Positions 59,095-64,000 of a stretch of 64,000 nt of DNA are shown piece after piece (within the stretch, counting starts at the first letter, position 1; each line of letters starts with the position of its first letter). The stretch is taken from positions 67,701 to 131,700 of the forward strand of contig DATJSM010000012.1 in NCBI GenBank assembly GCA_035504135.1. Reading direction: 5' to 3'. This DNA is from Candidatus Aquilonibacter sp. (lineage in GTDB: Bacteria > Acidobacteriota > Terriglobia > Terriglobales > Acidobacteriaceae). Both the position numbers and the translations under genes were made by a program. The notes below the pieces were generated by a model that saw only the letters and a list, made by a program, of their open reading frames with translations, ran no database searches and had not been told where the DNA came from.

Positions 59095-60711
59095 TCATCC
59101 CAGGTATTGGAGTCGTACCATCGTGCGATCGTCATCTGCCGGCGTGCCTTTGCAGAAGAGATCCAGCGTATCGAGGATCGCCGGTAGATCCGAACAGCAT
59201 GCGGCTTGATCGAGCCGTTCGTCGCCGAAGAACTCGCCGTTTGGCTCCGCCGCTTCCGTTACGCCATCGCTTACGATCAACACGCACGATCCCGGCTTCA
59301 GTTGCAGCGCAGACGATTCGAACGCAGCATTAGGAAGCAAGCCCACAGGTGTGTTCGCTTCGTCCAAAGCACAGACAGACGCTTCAAGAGAGATGCGTGG
59401 CCGCACGTGGCCGCAGTTGATGTATTCGAAGTGGCCGTTCCTGTGCAGCCGTGACAAAACCATGGTCGCGTACTTTCCAACCGCCTTTCTGCAAAGATAC
59501 TGATTCACGGTTGCGGCAATTTCGGCGAGAGGGCGGCCGGTTTCAAGCTGGACGTAGAGCATGCCCTGCAGGACAGAGGCCAAAATGGCCGCAGACGTTC
59601 CTTTTCCAGAAACATCGACAAGCACAACACTGATCGTGTCCTGGCTCAGGAGCACATCAAAGAAGTCGCCACCGACGGCGCTGCAGGCTACGCTCTGGGC
59701 TTGCACCCGGGCCCAGCCGGGCTCCGGGATCTGCGATGCCATGATGGCCTGCTGAATTCGAGCGGCGAATTGCAATTCTTCAGTTTGCTTTCTGGCGTTT
59801 TCCTCAACAATGGCAAGCTGTGCATTTTCTACGAGGGCCGCCGCCTCGCGCGCGATGGTTCGCAGCAGTTCGTGATCGGTGTTCGTGAACTGCGCAGGTT
59901 CAAAGCGGCTATCCAGATAAAGCAGTCCGAGAAGAGAGGGCTTCTCGTCGCGGCGCGCACGCTGCCGATGTTGACGCAAGGGGATACAGATAACAGCGCG
60001 TATCTGCTGGCTCATGATGCTTTCAGGAACACTCATGCCTTCGGCGGTCAACGTATCTGTGATCAGAAATTGATCTTCGCCCTCGATAGCCTGCCGTATG
60101 ACAGTGTGTGAGAGGGTAGATCCATCCCGAAGTTCCTCTCCTTCTGCATTCATGCCGGCAGCAAGTTCAAGCGTGCCGGCCGAGTTCATAAGGAACACAA
60201 AGCCACGTTCCACTCTTGCAAGCCGAATGGTGGCCTCGAGCAGAGATGTCATGATCCGGTCTACGGCGCCGGCATTACTCAACTCGCGGGCTGCTTCAAG
60301 AAACCAGTGCAGCTTTTGAAGATCGGACTGGTCGGATTGAAGTTCCTGCAGCTTTCCGAGCAGATCGCTCGAAGAGCTATGGAGGCGAGTGCGCGAAGAG
60401 TCCTCGCCAAACTGAAGTTCAGGTCCGTCCAGCGAACCTAATTTGATCAAGTCGCCTGGCCGCAGAATATGAGAGCTAATGAGCTCACCATTGAGATAAA
60501 TGCCGTGGCGACTGCCTGCGTCACGGATGATCAAGTTGTTGTGTTCGTAAACAATCTCGGCATGGTGTCTGGAAATGAAATCTTCGGTGAGTCTCAGTTG
60601 CGAGTCCGGAGCTCGACCGATCGTGAAAGGAAAACGGTCCAGTGGAACGGCACGGGAGCGATCACCGCGCCGTATATAGAGCGACGGCATTGATGGAAGT
60701 TCAGCTTGCAT
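59095..60711 (-). CDS. FHA-GAF-PP2C (SpoIIE family) phosphatase
   Basis: FTIGR..ISRHHA..GSRHG (FHA); VICIPL..GLLYLD (GAF); GGDFFD, DVSGKG, SDGVTEA, DDRT (PP2C). Confidence 0.93.
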   Translation of the reverse strand: MQAELPSMPSLYIRRGDRSRAVPLDRFPFTIGRAPDSQLRLTEDFISRHHAEIVYEHNNLIIRDAGSRHGIYLNGELISSHILRPGDLIKLGSLDGPELQFGEDSSRTRLHSSSSDLLGKLQELQSDQSDLQKLHWFLEAARELSNAGAVDRIMTSLLEATIRLARVERGFVFLMNSAGTLELAAGMNAEGEELRDGSTLSHTVIRQAIEGEDQFLITDTLTAEGMSVPESIMSQQIRAVICIPLRQHRQRARRDEKPSLLGLLYLDSRFEPAQFTNTDHELLRTIAREAAALVENAQLAIVEENARKQTEELQFAARIQQAIMASQIPEPGWARVQAQSVACSAVGGDFFDVLLSQDTISVVLVDVSGKGTSAAILASVLQGMLYVQLETGRPLAEIAATVNQYLCRKAVGKYATMVLSRLHRNGHFEYINCGHVRPRISLEASVCALDEANTPVGLLPNAAFESSALQLKPGSCVLIVSDGVTEAAEPNGEFFGDERLDQAACCSDLPAILDTLDLFCKGTPADDDRTMVRLQYLG

Positions 60712-60861
60712 GCTCGTCCCGGCAGCTCTCCTGTCAGCGCAGCTGCTCAGCCTCAGAGTTAGATCCTAATCGCGCGCTGCTCAATCCTGTAACTTTTTGT
60801 TGACTACCGTGGAGGGTGTTCGGAAAAAGCGTAAAGGGCCGATCTCAGATTGAGTTCGTGA

Positions 60862-63800
60862 TCAGTGAAAGTCATGCGAACGAACTTCCAGCAAGGGCTC
60901 TGAAAGTTCATGAAGGCGCACGGCTTTCACATGGATCACACCGTCCTGGTTCTGCAATGGGCCTTCTGCAAGGATAAATTTGCTGCGAGTTACGACGCTT
61001 CTTTGCTGCTCATACAGCGCGGGCGTCACAATTACGTTTGCGATCCCTGTTTCGTCCTCCATGGAAATGAAGATGAATCCCATGGCTGTTCCGGGGCGTT
61101 GCCTTGCAATGACACAGCCTGCCGTACGTACATAAGCTCCATCGCGAACGCTGTGAAGCTCAATGGCGGAAAGAACGCCACTCGTTCGCAGCTCTTCCCT
61201 GCGGTAAGACATTGGATGTCTTCCAGTTGTCAGGCCGGTTCCGGCGTAGTCCGCTATCAGACGCTCTTTGGTCGTCATCTGGATCAGCGGCGAGCTGCTT
61301 CGCTCTTCGCGAAGATGTTCGTAGCTCGCGCGCAGCAGTGGTCCCTCGGGTTTGCCGGCTCGCTGAACCTGCCACAGCGCATCGCGGCGATGTGAGACCC
61401 CATCGAGCGGATTCAGTGCGCCGATTCGCGCCAGCGTTGTCAGCTCCTTCCGATTGAGCGACGGTACTCGATTTACGAGATCGTCCACCGACTGAAAGCT
61501 TCCGTACATCTGGCGGGATTGCACGATCTCTTCTGCTGTCTGTCGGCGAAGCCCTTTGGCATAGTTAAGACCAAGACGCAATGAGAGAGTTCCATCGCTC
61601 TCATGCTCGATTGTGCAAGCAAAATCGGAGATCTGGATATCGATTGGTTTTACTCGCAGCCCATGCCTTTGCGCATCCTTGACGAGAACCGCAGGCATGT
61701 AAAAGCCCATTGGCTGGTTGTTCAGAATCGCGCAGGTAAATGCGGCGAGATACTTAACTTTGAAGTACGCAGACGCATACGCAATCAAAGCAAAGCTGGC
61801 TGCGTGCGACTCAGGAAACCCATACAGCGCGAACGAACTGATCTGCTGAATAATCTCTTCCTGCGTCTTTGTGTCGATTCCGTTAGCGGTCATGCCGGTG
61901 CGCAGCTTGCCTTCGAGGTTCTTCATGCGCTCCCAGGAGCGCCGCATGCCTACCGCTCGACGCAACTCTTCCGCTTCTGCGCCGGAGAAGTTGGCGACGG
62001 TCATCGCGATGCGCAGCAGCTGCTCCTGGAACAGCGGCACGCCTAAAGTGCGCGCCAGAACCGGCTCAAGCGATGGGTGCGGATATATAACTGGCTCTTT
62101 GTTCTGCCTGCGACGCATGTAGGGATGCATCATCTTGCCGACGATTGGGCCCGGCCGGATGATGGCCACCTGAACCACAACGTCATAGAAACGCTTGGGG
62201 CAGTTGCGAGGGAGGGAAGCCATCTGCGCGCGGCTCTCGACCTGGAACATGCCGACGGTATCGGCCTGCTGGAGCGTCTTATAGACCTCGTCGTCTTCGG
62301 GCAGATGCGCCATGTCAACCGCGTCTCCGTAATGTGCTGGAATGAGATCGAGGCAGTCTTTGATCACTGCCATCATGCCGAGCCCAAGCAGATCGACTTT
62401 GATGATGCCGAGATCGGCGCAGTCTTCCTTGTCCCATTGCACGACCGTTCGTCCCGGCATCGAGGCGCGTTCCAGCGGGACAACAGAGGCCAGCATTCCC
62501 TGGCAGATCACCATGCCGCCGGAATGCTGCCCGAGATGACGCGGCAGGTCCTGAACGCGCATGCATAGCTCCAGATATTTCGCGATTCGAGGATGGGCGA
62601 GATCGAAGCCGGCGTTCTTGAACGAGTGCGCCATGGTGTCGGTAGGGCCGCGCCATTCGAAGTGATTCACGAGGCCAGCCAGACGTCGCAATGAGTCCTG
62701 ATCAAAGCCGAGGGCTTTGCCCACCTCTCGTGCGGCCGATTTTCCGCGATATGTAATGACATTCGCGCACATCGCCGCGCCCAGTTCGCCGTAACGCTTG
62801 TAGACGTACCGAATCGCCTGCTCGCGCTTTTCTTCAGAGGGGAGATCAAGATCGATATCGGGCCATTCGCCGCGACTTTCGCTAAGGAAGCGCTCGAATA
62901 GAAGATCCATGCCCACTGGATCGACGGCTGTTATCTCCAGCGCATAACAGACTGCGGAATTTGCTGCGCTCCCGCGTCCCTGAATCAAAATGTCATGTTC
63001 TTTGCAGAACCGGACGATGTCCCAGACGATCAAGAAGTAGCCGGCGAAGCCAAGTTTTGCGATTAGTGCGAGTTCGTGGTCTATCTGCTTTTTTGCTTTT
63101 GCTAACAAGCTTGTATTTTTCTGCGATGCATAACGTCGTACGACACCTTCTTCCACACGCTTGCGAAGAAAACTGTCCATCGTCTCGCCAGAGGGCACGG
63201 GATAGAGCGGGAACTCGTAGCCAAGATCTGCGAGCTCAAACCGCAACCGGGAAGAAAGTTCGACGGTGTGCTCTATGGCTCCTTTCACATCGCTGAATAA
63301 TGAAGCCATCTCTTTTGCCGGACGAAGGTGTCGCTGGCTGTTGATGGCCAACAATCTGCCGGCACGGTCCAGCTCGGTGTGATTCCGAATCGCAGTAAAC
63401 AGGTCCAGAATTTCGCGATCGTACGTAGTGGCGTAGCGCACACCGTTCGTCGCGAGCACCGGCAGATTCAGCGATGCGGCGATGCGAAGTGCAGCCTGAT
63501 TGCGCCATTCCTCTTCGCGCTCGTGATGGCGTTGCAGTTCGACATAGACATTGCTCGGACCGAAGATGCGAACGAGCTGCTCGACAGCCTTGCGTCCTTC
63601 GCGTTCTCCCCCGCGCATCAAGGCGGCAGCGAGCGGGCCCTCGTCTCCACCGGTCAGACATACCAGACCCTCGGCGTGTTGTTTGAGATCGTCAAGCGAA
63701 GCCGCACCCTCCTGCTTCGTGATTTCGCGCATCTTGAAGTGGGTGATGACCTGGCATAGATTCTGGTAGCCACGCCGTGATTCACAGAGCAATGGAATGC

Positions 63801-64000
63801 GAACCGGCTCCGCTGTATGTTGATGCGGAAGCCATGAGGGCGGTGTGAGGCGAAAGCCGAGATCGGACACGGAGACCTCGGCGCCCACGTGGGCGTGGAT
63901 GCTGTTTTGTTTTGCGCTGGTATGAAAGCGTGCTGAGCCATACACGCCGTTGCGATCCAGCAGCGCCATCGCCGGCATGTCCAGCTCGAATGCGCGTTCA
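60862..64000 (-). CDS. dnaE2: Error-prone DNA polymerase DnaE2; 5' end beyond the window
   Basis: GRGSAANS, PDIDLD, PRHLGQHSGGMVI, YGFPESHA, QRPGTA.G, C-terminal RSHDFH; frame open to the window edge. Confidence 0.95.
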   Translation of the reverse strand, partial: ERAFELDMPAMALLDRNGVYGSARFHTSAKQNSIHAHVGAEVSVSDLGFRLTPPSWLPHQHTAEPVRIPLLCESRRGYQNLCQVITHFKMREITKQEGAASLDDLKQHAEGLVCLTGGDEGPLAAALMRGGEREGRKAVEQLVRIFGPSNVYVELQRHHEREEEWRNQAALRIAASLNLPVLATNGVRYATTYDREILDLFTAIRNHTELDRAGRLLAINSQRHLRPAKEMASLFSDVKGAIEHTVELSSRLRFELADLGYEFPLYPVPSGETMDSFLRKRVEEGVVRRYASQKNTSLLAKAKKQIDHELALIAKLGFAGYFLIVWDIVRFCKEHDILIQGRGSAANSAVCYALEITAVDPVGMDLLFERFLSESRGEWPDIDLDLPSEEKREQAIRYVYKRYGELGAAMCANVITYRGKSAAREVGKALGFDQDSLRRLAGLVNHFEWRGPTDTMAHSFKNAGFDLAHPRIAKYLELCMRVQDLPRHLGQHSGGMVICQGMLASVVPLERASMPGRTVVQWDKEDCADLGIIKVDLLGLGMMAVIKDCLDLIPAHYGDAVDMAHLPEDDEVYKTLQQADTVGMFQVESRAQMASLPRNCPKRFYDVVVQVAIIRPGPIVGKMMHPYMRRRQNKEPVIYPHPSLEPVLARTLGVPLFQEQLLRIAMTVANFSGAEAEELRRAVGMRRSWERMKNLEGKLRTGMTANGIDTKTQEEIIQQISSFALYGFPESHAASFALIAYASAYFKVKYLAAFTCAILNNQPMGFYMPAVLVKDAQRHGLRVKPIDIQISDFACTIEHESDGTLSLRLGLNYAKGLRRQTAEEIVQSRQMYGSFQSVDDLVNRVPSLNRKELTTLARIGALNPLDGVSHRRDALWQVQRAGKPEGPLLRASYEHLREERSSSPLIQMTTKERLIADYAGTGLTTGRHPMSYRREELRTSGVLSAIELHSVRDGAYVRTAGCVIARQRPGTAMGFIFISMEDETGIANVIVTPALYEQQRSVVTRSKFILAEGPLQNQDGVIHVKAVRLHELSEPLLEVRSHDFH

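Larger units (their letters stand above)
55100..64000. mobile_element. Probable genomic island adjacent to the tRNA-fMet 3' end (extends beyond the window)
   Basis: Loss of the strong G-rich + strand bias, more A/T-ending codons, accessory gene content; no integrase visible in the window. Confidence 0.5.

Overview
GC-rich bacterial chromosome segment. Gene content and repeat families point to Acidobacteriota (Terriglobia; inference). Core genes: mqnA, dprA-topA, a single LysR-divergent leuABCD-ilvDBNC operon interrupted by six cargo genes, TonB and outer-membrane beta-barrel genes, acs, pyk-mutL-cmk, a cold-shock gene, malQ, ppiD and initiator tRNA-Met. Downstream of the tRNA is a compositionally distinct block encoding a kinase-associated ECF sigma factor, a receptor Ser/Thr kinase with FGE-sulfatase and alpha/beta-hydrolase domains, an FHA-GAF-PP2C phosphatase and dnaE2. 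Most notable unexplained signals: (1) four arrays of exactly four AGTGAAT-type heptamers, each abutting the ribosome-binding site of a leu/ilv gene; (2) a shared palindromic operator linking a wHTH regulator to a mini-CreD gene; (3) a roughly 210-nt rod-like structured intergenic element before acs; (4) REP-like palindromes embedded in frame in two proteins; (5) an initiator tRNA with a U1:A72 pair whose promoter abuts its 5' end. All calls come from motif reading by eye; no database searches were run.
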